From Octopus vulgaris (lineage: Eukaryota), in contig OX597816.1 in NCBI GenBank assembly GCA_951406725.2, positions 142,476,001 through 142,540,000 of the forward strand: a DNA stretch of 64,000 bases, written 5' to 3'. This document shows, piece after piece, positions 27,140 through 40,625 of this stretch (position 1 is the stretch's first letter; every line of letters starts with the position of its first letter). A program made the position numbers and the translations under genes. The notes under the pieces were generated by a model that was given only the letters and a program-made list of their open reading frames with translations, was not told the origin of the DNA and did not search any database.

Positions 27140-28905
27140 TCCCTGAGGTCAATTTCAGGTATTATTCTGTTTTTTGACATCACATATTTGAAATCTCAAC
27201 TTTTTTTCTACTGAACCAAATTTCAAATTTTGTAGCTTAGGAGGTGACCAATCTAAAAATGTATAAACATATCAACTTTAGTAAAAAACTGAATTAGTGA
27301 CAAAGCCTAGAAGTGGTTGTGCGTGAGTAAATGTTGACCTTAAGAATATTATTCACACACTGCTATGTGTGAATGATATTTATTACAATATAGTGTATTC
27401 TATGAAGATGAGGCAGATCTTTGCAAGATACCTTAAGACTGAATTGAATCAAACATTTTGTAATATTGGTTTCCAATTTTGGCAGAAGGCCATCAAATCC
27501 AGAGGAGAGGAAAGCTGACACTCATTTTATTGTGTACCAAAAAGATAAAAGGCAAAGATGACCCTGGCGGAATTTGAACACAGAATGTACAGACAGACAA
27601 AATGCTGTGAAGCTTTCAGCCAGGTGTTAACAATTCTGCCAGGTTGTCATCTTAGTACTGTAGTAATAATATTACTTGAAAATTATTTTACATACTTTTG
27701 GCACATTTAGCTTATAGAATAACTTATTTCATTTTCAATATTTTTTTTAAAAGATTAGCACTACAAAGCTTGTCTTGATGAGTTCTATCACATGAGCTAA
27801 ACAAAAACAATGTTTTAGCTTTGCATTTGCGTGTTACCACTGTTTTTGGCACATTTGACTCCAGTAGTATTTTATTTAAAAAATTTGTTATATATATAAT
27901 TAACATCATGAGATTACTGCAGTTGAGATCAGAAAAGTTAAATTTAAATATAGTTTTCTTTTGAAAGAATAATAATATTTGGAGTCAAAGTCAATTTCAA
28001 GCATTAATCACCCATTTGTGACCTCACATATTTGACTACAACTTTTTTTCTACAGAACCAATTTTCACATTCTTTAGCTCAAAATTTAGCTTATGATGTG
28101 AACAATCTAAAAATGTAAACATCTAATTTGATTAAAAACTGAGTTAGTGAGAAAGCCTAGAAGTGGTCATGAGTGAGTAAATGTTGACTTTAAGAATATT
28201 ATTCATACACTACCATGTGTGAATATGTTTTGAAAAGATTAGCACCACAACACTCATCTTGATAAGTTCTATCATATGTGGTAAAAAAAATTTTGTTTTC
28301 AATTTACTTTTAGGTGTTACCACTTTTTCAACACATTTGGCCCCAGTAATATTTTATTAAAATTTTTTTTTTTTTTTACATAATTGGCATCATCAGATTC
28401 CTCAAATGGAGATATATCAGAAAAGTTGAATTTAAATATAGTTTTCTTTTGAAATAAGAATAATATTTGGAGTCAAAGTTGATTTCAGGCATTAATCCCC
28501 TTTTTTTATTTTTTGTGCCAGTTTTTACCTCAGTACTTTTTTTTCTACTGAATATTTTTGCATATAAGTAACATGGATAGATTCCTCTCATCGAGATCTA
28601 TCATATAAGCTAAAGTAAAATATAGATTTCTCTAAAAAAAAAAAAAAATCATTTGGACTCAAAGTCAATTTCAAGTGTTACTCTCCCATTTTAGACCTCA
28701 CATATTTTGCTGAAACTTTTTTTCTACCAAAGCAATTTTCAAATTTTCTAGCTGAAAATGTATTTGAGGGTGTGACCAATCTAAAAATGTAAATATTATC
28801 TAATTTGGTTAAAAACTGAGTTAGTTACAAAGCCTAGAAGTGGTCATGAGTGGGTAAATGTTGACCTTAAGAATATTATTCACACATTGCCATGTGTGAA
28901 TGATT
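27140..28905. repeat. degenerate tandem triplication (units about 700-850 bp)
   Basis: 'aaagcctagaagtggt...gtaaatgttgac.ttaagaatattattca' occurs at about 27302, 28152 and 28829; 'gtcaatttca' blocks also repeat. Confidence 0.8.
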
Positions 28906-29497
28906 GCACTAATTTTATTTTAAACAATATAAACACAATATTTTTGCATCTGAAATAAATGGTGGATAAAAATGAATTGATTTTTTCAAATCACTCACAT
29001 AATAATTAGACAGGAGAAGAGGCTAAGTAAACAAAAAGAAATAATGAAGAAGATGGAAATGGACAAAAATTGTGGCAGCAGTTGGAATGCTGCGAGAAAA
29101 AGAAATAGAGACAACAAAGTTGCATTGTATAGAAATAACAGAAGAGAGCCGAGCAAAATGTAAATATGAACAGGTTCTTGAGTAAATAATGTTAAAAAGA
29201 TTTTATTAATTATTATAATTATTATTTAAAAACAAAACAAATTTTTTTTTAATTTTCTTTTTTTATTTTGCGCAAAGAATACTAGAATTCATAATATATG
29301 ATAATATAATGTAATCCCTGCAAGAGAAAGAAATAGAGACAACAGAGCCATGTTATATAAACATGCTTGACCTAACAAAATGTTCGGTCAAGCTCAAATA
29401 ATAATATATAGAAGAGAGCTGAGTGAAATGTGAATATGAAGAGGTTCTTGAGTAGATAATGTTAAAAAGATTTTATTTATGATAATTAATTATTATA

Positions 29498-31468
29498 CTA
29501 GCTGAAGCTGACCCGCTCTACGCGCGGGTAAGAGTGTGGTTGTTACTTTCTGTTGCTTCCTTTCAGCATATAAAAAGCACCATCTGAACATGGCCAATTG
29601 CAGCGCCGCCTTGACTGGCTTCTGTGCCGGTGGCACGTAAAAAGCACCAACCGATCGTGGCTGCTGCCAGCCTTGCCTGGCACCTGTGCCGGCGGCACAA
29701 AAAAAGCACCCACTACGCTCTCAGAGTGGTTGGCTTTAGGAAGGGCATCCACCTGTAGAAACACTGCCAGATCAGACTAGAGCCTGGTGCAGCCTCCTGG
29801 CTTCCCGGACCCCAGTCAAATTGTCCAACCCGTGCCAGCACGGAAAACGGACGTTAAATGATGATGATGATGATGATGATGATTCTCCCTCTTTGTTTCT
29901 CTCCTTTCTCCACTCTCTTACTCTTCCTTTCTCTCGGACTCTCTATCTTTATCTATCTCTCCCATTTATAAACAACAAAAGATCTTGATTAAGTTGAGAA
30001 ATAAAATATTTAGAAAGATCAATCATAAATATCAGGCAGTAACAACGGAAAGGTCTGCTTCAAGGCAGACAGCAAAACACTAACATTTAAAAGGGACAGA
30101 CGAACTTGCGAGCTGAATAAAAATAATAAAATATTGGAAACCAAAGTTTGAAGGGATAGAATCTGAGGATAGTAGAGTCACCATGGCTGGCATTTCTTAA
30201 CGACGGACAGCAACGTTTTGACAGTTTAACGGCTGGTGTAAAATTTTGAACTTGATGTAAAAGAAAATCCCTAAACACCAAGTTTTGAAGTGATTCTTTC
30301 TCACGACAGTAGACTCACCATGGCAAGCATTCAAAACTTCTTCATCATGGACGGCAACACACTGACGATTAAAAGGCTGGTGCAAATTTTTTAGCCTGAT
30401 GTAACAGAGAATTCCTAAACACCTGCTCCTTTAAATTTTAATCCCCTTCCAGCCCCATTTAGACCCTTTTCACATTTTGGTTAATATAACCCGATTTCAT
30501 TCGGGTCTACTGGGGCCACATTTTATAAGATGAGGAATTTTGTCCTAGAGGTCACGCCTTTCATTTGAGGAAAAAAATAGTTGTCATGCAAACTTGCCAG
30601 CACTTTTAACATAGGTCTGCATATTTTCAGCTCAACCGACCACATAATGCACACATTATATATATATATATATGTATATGTGTGTGTGTGTTGGAGTCTC
30701 TCTCATACGTGAGTGTTGACGCTGAATTCGACTGATAAGCAGGTAACCTTGTCTTTGTTGAAATAGTTGTGAGCTGCTGGAGTTATTTCTCTGATGGGTA
30801 ATAGGAATTTCCATATCCTCCGAGGAAACAAACTGTTGACCCAGACAATTAGAATTAATTTTAATAAAAGCATCAATTTAAGAAAAAATAATAAAGTAGT
30901 AAAAAATGAAAATTTAGCACGAAAAATTTGCAGGGTTCTAAATAAATGTTAAAATATAATAGATACGAAAAACCTACGTTATCACCAGAACACGAATGCT
31001 CGTTGGTGTGTTCTGTTTGTATTTGCTCCATCGGCGCGTTGACAGGCAGACAATAGAATGCGATGGCAAGATTCATAATATTTGTTGTCATGATTGTGTG
31101 GTGTTGGTGGCGATGATAATTCTCTTTATGAATGCAGACAGCGAGATATAGAACGCCGTTTGACAAAGTGAAAGTGATGGGAAGGTAGGAAATAGAGTGA
31201 GTGAAAAAGTGCTGGGAAGGGAGGAAATAGCGTGAGTGAGTGAGGAAGACAGATACATTAAAGAATGGGAGTGGACTTGTCAAAGTGGGTTTTTGGCCCT
31301 AGCAACGACACCTTTTAAGATAGGGATTTCTAAGGTAGCCCATGGGCATCGTCACCTCATTTTACATGTCCCTGTAAATTTTGGAGTCAATCTGACGGGA
31401 TGTAGTGGCCTTGAAAGCGATCCAAGCGGTCGAGTCAAACAAACTTTTTTCAGTTTTATAAATAGAGA
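29498..31468 (-). mobile_element. non-autonomous Helitron (about 2 kb) containing an RTE 3' tail
   Basis: Minus-strand 5'-TC at 31468, CTAG-3' at 29498, hairpin 'acccgctctacgcgcgggt'. RTE 3' UTR plus (GAT)n at about 29565-29883. Confidence 0.8.
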
Positions 31469-33179
31469 TTATGCTATAAAAGTAGTATGAAAATAAAGGT
31501 TATAAATACAATGAATATTTTAACAAAGTATATGCAATTTTAACTAAGTTTAAGAAAGTAAATGGAAATTAAAGAATTAAAAAAAAAAAAGAAATCAATA
31601 TTTCTAATGTGCTACAAGGTTACAGAATTATAGTCAAGGCTCATTTGAACTTTCAAAATTTTATTCCGTCAAGTACTAAATGTAGTTGACCAATACATTC
31701 ATTTAACTTGAGTTTAATATATATGTGTTGCATAAATATGTACATTACTTTGTACATAAAACATATCTGATTATTTAGCCCCAGACCACTCCTGAGCTTG
31801 CCAGCCATTCTGTATATCTGATACAATATGTCTAGTAATACATCATCAAATGCATTTTTTCTAAGAGGCAGTAGGAAGTGATTTGAGAGCAATTTGGCTG
31901 CTATTTTTTTTAACAGGTCAAGTGACCACATTGTCTCACTTAACACCTGTACCTCCCTTTGTTCATGCTATTCAAGTTACCCTTGAGCACAGTGAAAAGG
32001 AAGGAAAGTATTAATTTAATGAATTAATGAGAATTCGGACATGGTGTTAATTAAATTTGACCGGACAATGGTCACTGGAAAGAAAAGACAAGACTCACCC
32101 AGAGAGAAGACATGACCCAGTGGGCAGTTTAACTTCTCTAGTGTTGTGAGATAAAGAGGAATAGGCAGAGCAGATTGGAAAGAAAGGGTAGTAAAGCATG
32201 TTCAGAAGATAGAGGAGGAAGTTTCAGTAGTAGGAAGTGTGTAAGAAGGAAACGCAAATGAAAAGAAGGAGACAGACAGAAAGAAAGATAGATATAGAGA
32301 GAGAGGGGAGGAATCAGATAGACAGGAGGATTGATACAGAAATGACAGAAAGGGAAGGAGAATAAGTTGAAAAGAAAGTAAAACATAGAAAGAGGAAGAG
32401 TGGGAGAGAGAAAAGCAAACAGAAGAGAGAGAGAGACAGATATATAGGAATAAGTAGGAGAGAGAGTAAACAAACAGAAAGAAGAGTGAGAGAGGATAAG
32501 TAAGAGTAAAAATAGGGCCAAACAAAATGTGAATATGAAGAGGTTCTTGAGTAAATAAGGTTAAAAAGATTTTATTATCATTATAATTATTAATTATTAT
32601 GCTATAAAACTTATATGAAAATAAATGAATATTTTAACATAAAGTATATGCAATTTTAACCAAGTTTAAGGAAGTTAATGGAAATCAAAAAATGGAAAAA
32701 TATCAAATTTCCTAATGCACAGTGAGGTTACAGAACTATAGTCAAGGCTCGTTTGAGCTTGACCCAACATTTTGTTTGACCAATTTTCATTATACCTTGA
32801 ACAACTTCATTTCTCACAAAATTAGATCACTTGATCCCCAAAGTTATCCCATGTTTTATCTTTAAAAACTGTCTGAAAATTTTATATTTAGCCTGTAAAA
32901 CAGAAACCATGCCCTTTTAAATTTTGATGAATGTGTGTACATATGTGCGAAATGTTGAAAATACAATATTTGAAAAATATATAAAATAAGTAAGAATGAA
33001 GGAAAATAGATTTAATAAGAATAGAACAATTTTCTTCAATCAAATCACATTAAAATATCTAGTGACCTTTCCTTATTACACATATATTCTGTAGCTTCTT
33101 CAATTATTTTTTCAGCTCCTAACAGATTCCTAATGTTTTCTTCATTAAAATATCTAGGGTGATATCTACATTAAAATAT

Positions 33180-34426
33180 CTAGGGTGACCTTTCCTTATT
33201 ACACATATATTCTGTAGCTTCTTCCATTATTTTTTCAGCTCCTAACAGATTCCTAATGTTTTCTTCATTCTTTGCATTTTCACAGACAACCAAAAATGTG
33301 CTATTGTTTTTCCGTGCTCGGCCTCTCATTTGCACCAGAGTTACAACTGAAGTTGGTGGATTCAGTGTAATCACTAAAGAACACTTTGGTAAATCAACAC
33401 CTTCTTCAGCTACAGAAGTTGTAATAATAATTTGATGTTTACCCTCTTTTATTTCCTGAAATACCTTCCTTTGTGTACTTACTCTCATTCCATCACCACC
33501 ACCACCACCATGACCAGTGATACTAACAACAGAGAGATGCTTCTCATTAACCAATGGTGAAGTCTTCATCATCTTGCCAAGTTCAACAGCAGTTCTCCTT
33601 CTCTTCACCATTACTAATATGAGTCCAGATGGAATATCACAATTATCAGTCATGTATTCACCAATAGTTTTTACCAGATATTTAAACTGTGCTGAAACAG
33701 GGATATTGTTCCCTACAATTGTGTTAACTATTGATCTGATGTTATCACAACAAAGACCATTTCCAGAAGCAAGTGTAAACGAATATTCCTTATTTGAAGG
33801 ATCAGAAAGAAATTTTAGTTCTTCAACTATACAAGAAATTCCTCCATCGAGAGCATCTATAATAAGGGAAACAATTTTTTTAGTGTGATTAATTACGATT
33901 GTCCCTTTTTCCATTTCTCCAGTGATGGTTACAGACCTTAATCTTTCCTCAATTTCATTCAGAAAGCTTTTGTCAATTAAATCCTCATTCGATGGTATTA
34001 TGTTTCTTGAAAGATCAGAACAGTCCACAAGAACTTTCAAACATTCCAAAAGATATTTTTTAAACTCAGCTATATATGGTAACTCAGCATCTTGGAAAGG
34101 AATAGTTTGAATTTCTAAATGAGCAGTAGATTTATACTTCATTAGCTCTTTTGTTTCCTCTTTCACAATGTTAATTTTCGAATTGTTTAAATTAGTTACC
34201 AACGTTTGAAGCATAGTAATAGTTTTTGAAATGGTTTCCTTCCCAGCAGGTGAGGCAGTTAGTCCTAGTAATTGGGGACAATCTTTCTTTTCTAAAGTAT
34301 GGTGCTCTTCTCCCAAAAGTTTTCTGAATGGATGTTCTTTGTCTGAATGGTGGACTTCATCAATAACCACAAGACTGAAATCCTTCCATCTTAAGACTTT
34401 TTCTTTCATTCGACGATCACAGTATA
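33180..34426 (-). CDS. ZnF-RIG-I/Dicer-like DExH helicase, exon 4 (last): motifs II-VI
   Basis: Acceptor ttttacag at 34427 (phase 1). Motifs VVIDEVHH (II), LGLTASP (III), LVMVKRRRTA (IV), TSVAEEGVDLPKC (V) and LVQMRGRAR (VI); stop at 33180. Confidence 0.93.
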
Positions 34427-35244
34427 CTGTAAAAAAAAAAATGCCAAGCAGAAAATTAGAGAAAAATTTTGAAAACTTTTATATGTATTTTTTTTTAAAG
34501 TTTGTGTAGTCAAAAACTCTTCCACTATAATACAGATTGTATTTCCTTATATAGTCATAACATTTCTAGAGGAAGGTACAATAGAAGTCAAATTCGTTAC
34601 ATTTCTAGTATTTCATTTATCAAATCTAGAGTCTCAGATTGATTTATTCTCATCAAGAACACAAGAGAGAAGATCATTTTTATTACCATTATAAAAAGAA
34701 CCCAGTACATTCTGTTAAGTGGTTGGCATTAGTACGTGTCGTAGAAACCATGCCAAAGTAGACAGTAGAGTTTGGCACAATCTTTTGGTACACCAGCTCC
34801 TGTCAAACCATCCAATCGATGCCAGCATGGAAAACAAATGAGATGATGATGATAATTATTTCATATCAATCTCAAATGTTCGATTGGAATAAACAGGTGT
34901 TAAATAGTCACTCTATGCAGCAATACACTGGTCCCAGCATTCCTGCCATTATTGAAATCTGGCCTGGAAGTTGTTTTCTGTAAGTGAGTCAAGGACGTTC
35001 TGTAATTTGCTCTTGATCTCAACAATGACAAATAGGGCAGGTGCAGAAGCAATACCATTTCGTTTTTGGCAAGAAACTCATGAGTGAGGAGAGTTCAGTG
35101 ACGGTGCATTATCATGAAAAATCCAATTCTTTGCACTTCACAAATCCGGTCACTTTTGCAGAATGTCCTTCCTCAAATGCTTCAAAACATTGCTGTAGAA
35201 TTATTTACATTTGACAGATATTTGTCTTCATCTTGTTTGTTGTT

Positions 35245-35292
35245 AAACACAACGTTTCGGCTGATATACCCTCCAACCTTCATCAGGTGTCT
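35245..35292 (-). ncRNA. minimal type-I hammerhead ribozyme motif
   Basis: Minus strand reads AGACAC-CUGAUGA-A-GGUUG(gaggguauau)CAGCC-GAA-A-CG-U-U-GUGUUU. Stems I and II pair, the core is intact, and stem III is a minimal palindrome (ACGU). Confidence 0.75.
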
Positions 35293-35370
35293 TGGGGAAA
35301 TTTCAAATCTGGGTTCTCATTCTTAAGGTATTTTTCAATGTTATTATCATTATCATCTTCATCATCATCA

Positions 35371-35422
<52 letters not shown>

Positions 35423-35607
35423 CATCATCATTATTGTTCAGGTCACTGCCTGGAATCAAACTTGGAATCTTGGGGTTAGTAGCCCAAACTCTAAACCACT
35501 ACGCCATATGCCCATGGGCATATGGTGTAGTGGTTAAGAGCGCGGGCTAGTAATAATAACATCGAAAAATACCTTAGGAATAAGAATCTAGGCTCGAAAT
35601 TTCCCCA

Positions 35608-35653
35608 AGACACCTGATGAAGGCAGGAGGCTATATCAGTTGAAACATTGTGT
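35608..35653 (+). ncRNA. degenerate hammerhead motif (second arm)
   Basis: agacac-CTGATGA-a-ggcag...cagtt-GAAACATT-gtgtt; stem II is partly broken. Confidence 0.55.
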
Positions 35654-37349
35654 TAACAACAAACACGATGAGGACAAATATCTGTCAAATGTAAATAATG
35701 TACATAATTCCTCACCTCTTAAATATAGAACTGTATCGCTGTAGAATTCTTGATTGACAATCTGGCCCTGGGGGACAAATTCTCAATGCAAAATACTGTG
35801 AACATCAGAAAAAACGATGAGCTTGCTCTTGATTGAGCTATGGAGATGAAGGGCTCTTCAATTGTGATGAATGCTGCTTCATCTTGGAGTCATACTCATA
35901 GACCCAAAGCTTGTCACTAGTGATGATATTCAACATGAAGGATGGGTCATCAGCAGCACGCTGACAGAGATATTGACAGACTTCAACACAATGTTCTTTT
36001 TGCTCAGTGGTTAGCAGATGGGGGACAAATGCTGCATGTTCAATTCAGACATTAGAATTGCTGCACAAACCCATATGGTAGACCAACAACATGATCCCAA
36101 AAACACAAATTTCATAACTTGCGAAGTTAACACAGTGATGTCACACTGTCTCATGAAGGTCACTGCTAGCTCTTACTGTGCATGCAACCATGTGCTACCA
36201 TCTGTTGGTGTGCTAAAGAACTAATCTGGAAACTTTTTGATACGACCTTGTACACACACACACACATATATATGCATATATATAAGTGGTAAGAACTGAT
36301 CTAAGGATGTTGGGTTTCACAGAAGAAATGACAATGGACAAAGATGTCTGGTGGTATATTCTTGAGAAGACTTGCCCACATCAGCAAAACTGAGTTCTAG
36401 AAGCGCTCTGTGTTCCACCCACATGTAACAAGAAAACTTTTCATATACCCTACCCCAACAAACCAAATTACATTTCTTGTCTGCCTTACATTTCCTCCTT
36501 CATGCACTATGCTTACCTCTTACTCTCCAATCCTGTCCTCATGGTCATGTTTCTCTGTATTATTGCTATTCGGTAGTCCTACACACCTCTATATACCCAA
36601 ATTTTCACCAGTCACTACATTCTTCTTCCTCACTCTCTACTAACACTTCTTTAGCAATGTCCTGTCACTTATATTATGACTTTCAAACCTCAAGGGTATG
36701 CCCTGGCACTTGCCACCATCTATCTCTCTCTCTTCCTTTACTCAACCATCCCATTTATATTCTGATCCCCATCCTTTGTGAGTATGCCTGACACTTTACC
36801 ACCATCCCTATCCTGCTATCTCCCACTCTCTCTCTCCTCCTGCTCTTCCTTCAGACAGGTTAACCATTTATCTCCTTTACAGCAGCTCACCTGTTTCTGT
36901 CCTCATTCCTGATCTCTCTCTATCTCTCTCTCCAGCCGGGTAACCATGTACCTCCTCTACAGTGAGACATCTATTTCTGTATGAAAGGCTCACAATAGCC
37001 TTTCATATCTGACACAAGATCACCTCCTCCAATGCCCCCTCCCCTCTCAAAAGGTCGTTGTCTTGCAAGTTATTTGGTGACTGTCAGTGCAGGTACCACT
37101 TAAAAAGCATCCAGTCCACACTGTAAGTGGTTGGCGTTTGGAAGGGCACCTAGCTGTAAAAACTTTGCCATGTAAAAAGCACTCTGTAGGGTGGTTGGTG
37201 TTAGGAAGGACATCCAGCCATGAAAATCCTGCTAAAACAGACACAAAAGTCTAGTGCAGGCATTTGCCTGGTCAGCTCCTGTCAAACTGCCCCACCTGTG
37301 CCATCGTTAAACGATGATGACGCATATATGCGTATTATATATATATATA

Positions 37350-37510
37350 TAGGTGCAGGAGTGGCTGTGGTAAGTAGCTTGCTTACCAACCACATGGTTC
37401 CCGGTTCATTCCCACTGTGTGGCACCTTGGGCAAGTGTCTTCTACTATAGCCTCGGGCCGACCAAAGCCTTGTGAGTGGATTGGTAGACAGAAACTGAAA
37501 GAAGCCTGCC

Positions 37511-37585
<75 letters not shown>

Positions 37586-37785
37586 TGTGTGTCTGTGTTT
37601 GTCCCCACAACATTGCTTGACAACCGAAAGTGGTATGTTTACGTCCCTGTAACTTAGCGGTTCGGCAAAAGGGCCCGATAGAATAAGTACTAGGCTTACA
37701 AAAAATAAGTCCTGGCGTTGATTTGCACAACTAAAGGTGGTGCTCCAGCATGGCCACAGTCAAATGACTGAAACAAGTAAAAGAG
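37350..37785 (+). mobile_element. full-length tRNA-derived SINE with internal (TA)n
   Basis: Head 'gcaggagtggctgtggtaagtagcttgcttaccaaccacatggttcccggttcattccc', tail 'gactgaaacaagtaaaaga'. Confidence 0.85.
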
Positions 37786-37919
37786 ATATGCATATATGCA
37801 CATATCCATATATATGCATATATACATATATGCAAATATGCATATATGCATATATACATATAATAATAGTAATCCATAGACAGAATTTATAAATATTTTA
37901 ATGTGTCACTATACACATT

Positions 37920-38452
37920 TTCCCATTGACCCAATTTGCTGACTTTTCTGATGGCACGCAGGTGTTGATGAATGGTTGAATTACCAAATCCAAGCTTCTC
38001 TGCTAGTTCCTCAATAGTTACGATGGGATTTTGTTCCACCAGGGTTTACAGGACATCCTTGTCAAGCTCCACAAATCTTCCAGGATGAGGCTCATCCTCA
38101 AGGCTGTAGTTTCCAGCTCAGGATTTCTGGAACCACCGTTGACTGGCTTATGCTTATTGTCCGATCCCCATATATTGCATTAATATTCCTCTCACTCCCA
38201 TTGTGTTGTTAGCTTTATTGATCTCATAAAGCAAAATATGCTGAATATGCTCCTTTATCACTTCCATTATAGCTTTGAAAAAATAACTGTCAAAATCGAA
38301 CTGCACTCTTCAAAACTTGCACAAAGAATAAGTGCAAGGTAAAATTACTACCTGCTTTTATAGCAAGTTGATGCAGGTAATTTATCCTGTCCCCCTCCAA
38401 CTTTTCATTCATGCAATTGAAAAAACCGCATTATTTATAGGATAACCCAATA
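37920..38452 (-). mobile_element. mariner (Mos1-like) 5' remnant
   Basis: TIR TA|TTGGGTTATCCTATAAATAATGCGGTTTTT. Minus peptides QRWFQK..GNYSLEDEPHPGR, NPIVTIEELAEKL and HLRAIRKVSKLGQW. Confidence 0.8.
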
Positions 38453-38457
38453 CATAT

Positions 38458-38504
<47 letters not shown>

Positions 38505-39326
38505 AGCATACATATACATACATATATGTAGACACACACACAAACATATATTCATACACACACAAACATATATTCATACATACATATATATATATACATA
38601 CATACATACATTCATACATACATACACACACACATATATATATATATACATACATACATTCATACATACATACACACACACATATATATATATACATACA
38701 TTCATACATATATACACACACACACACATATATATATATATACATACATACATATTCATACATACATATATATATACACACACACATACATATATATATA
38801 TACATACATACATATTCATACATACATATATATATACACACACACACACATATATATATATACATACATACATATTCATACATACATATATATATACACA
38901 CACACACATATATATACATATATATACACACATACGTATTTATACATACATATATATATATACACACACACACATATATATATACATATATATATATACA
39001 CACACACACATATATATATATACACACACATATTCATACATACATATATATACACACACACACATATATATATACATATATATATATATACACACACACA
39101 TATATATATACATATATATACACACACACATATATATATACATATATATACACACACACATATATATATACATATATATATATACACACACACATATATA
39201 TATACATATATATATATACACACACACACATATATATATATATACATATATATACACACACACACATATATATATATACATATATATACACACACATATA
39301 TATACAGACATATTCATACAAACATA

Positions 39327-39362
<36 letters not shown>

Positions 39363-39447
39363 CACACACACACACATATATACACACACACATATATATA
39401 CACACACACACACACATATATACACACACACACACACACATATATAT

Positions 39448-39485
<38 letters not shown>

Positions 39486-39532
39486 TCATACATACATATA
39501 TATATATACACACACACACACATACACATATA
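38452..39532. repeat. compound (CA)n/(TA)n/(CATA)n microsatellite
   Basis: Directly visible. Confidence 0.95.
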
Positions 39533-39534
39533 TT

Positions 39535-39915
39535 TTGCACTGTAAGTTACACCAATGCTAGAACGGGACGACACTGCATAGTGCCAAATGTCCCAGCAAT
39601 GCCATCACGCTTCGGGACCAGCTTCTGCAACAGCCTTGGTTTCAAGGGCCCACAGCTTTTTAATATTCTCCCAAAGAGTCTGAGGAACTTGCACAAAGTA
39701 GATGTAGCAGTTTTTAAATCAAAACTGGACATCTTCCTGTCAAGAGTCCCAGATGAACCTACTTCACGGCAAGAGGTGCAAATGAGAGTAGCTGTATCAA
39801 ACTCCATTCCTTACCAAGTGCCACATATTAGACGAGGTTCGTCGCAATAACAGTGTAGCACAAAACGGCGGTGCATCAGCATGGCCGCAGCTCTGAGCTG
39901 AAACTAGAAAAAAAA
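39535..39915 (+). mobile_element. CR1-like LINE 3' fragment
   Basis: Peptide RTGRHC...[20 protein letters not shown]...[18 protein letters not shown] followed by an A-rich tail. Confidence 0.7.
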
Positions 39916-39919
39916 CAAA

Positions 39920-39936
39920 AATACACACACATACAT

Positions 39937-39975
<39 letters not shown>

Positions 39976-40000
39976 CACATACATATATATATATATATAT

Positions 40001-40089
<89 letters not shown>

Positions 40090-40360
40090 CATACACACAC
40101 AGATATATATATACAAATATATATATATATATATACACATACATATTCATACATACATATATATATATACACACATACATATTCATACATACATACACAC
40201 ACATACATACACACACACATATATACATACACACACATATATACATACACACACACATATACACATACACACACACATATATACATACATATATATACAC
40301 ATACATATTCATACATACATATATATATATATACACACACACATACGTACATATATATAT
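39920..40360. repeat. compound (CA)n/(TA)n microsatellite
   Basis: Directly visible. Confidence 0.95.
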
Positions 40361-40500
40361 AGGGAGATGTACTGGCATAGCAAGTGACCTGATCTGAGAT
40401 TGTGCGCTGGAACGAAAACAATTGCAGCGTGGAAGGTGTTTATAAGCCATTTAAGAAACACACAAAAACTGTTAGATTCACTTCAACATTTAAATTTAAT

Positions 40501-40549
40501 TTGTCAAAATATTTCCGTCGCTTTGAGACCGCGACCTGTTCACTGACAA
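40501..40549 (-). ncRNA. hammerhead variant (G3:C8), copy 1
   Basis: UUGUCA-GUGAACA-G-GUCGC(ggucucaaa)GCGAC-GGAA-AUAU-UU-UGACAA; A13>G substitution in this copy. Confidence 0.55.
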
Positions 40550-40576
40550 AACTCCATGCTGAGATGCAGCAGAGTT

Positions 40577-40625
40577 TTGTCAGTGAACAGGTCGCAGTCT
40601 CAAAGCGACAAAAATATTTTGACAA
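40577..40625 (+). ncRNA. hammerhead variant (G3:C8), copy 2
   Basis: UUGUCA-GUGAACA-G-GUCGC(agucucaaa)GCGAC-AAAA-AUAU-UU-UGACAA; G12>A substitution in this copy. Confidence 0.55.

Larger units (their letters stand above)
35201..35734. mobile_element. inverted-dimer retroelement: tRNA-derived head + (AAT)n + hammerhead-containing Penelope-LTR-like tail
   Basis: Arms 35201-35348 and 35551-35698 are inverted; central palindrome at 'cccatggg' (35511-35518); flanking duplication at[t/c]gctgtagaatt (35189-35202 / 35735-35748). Confidence 0.75.
34905..36252 (-). mobile_element. mariner remnant (same family as 1298-2150), interrupted at 35201-35734
   Basis: 34905-35190 aligns to 1388-1750; TIR 'ctaatctggaaactttttgatacgaccttg|ta' at the right end. 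Confidence 0.85.

Noticed and set aside
32138-32525. Hydrophobic Leu/Ser/Phe-rich ORFs
   Set aside because: Translation of a purine-rich (GA) low-complexity tract.
33517-34509. Plus-strand ORFs of 62-123 aa
   Set aside because: Antisense shadows of helicase exon 4.
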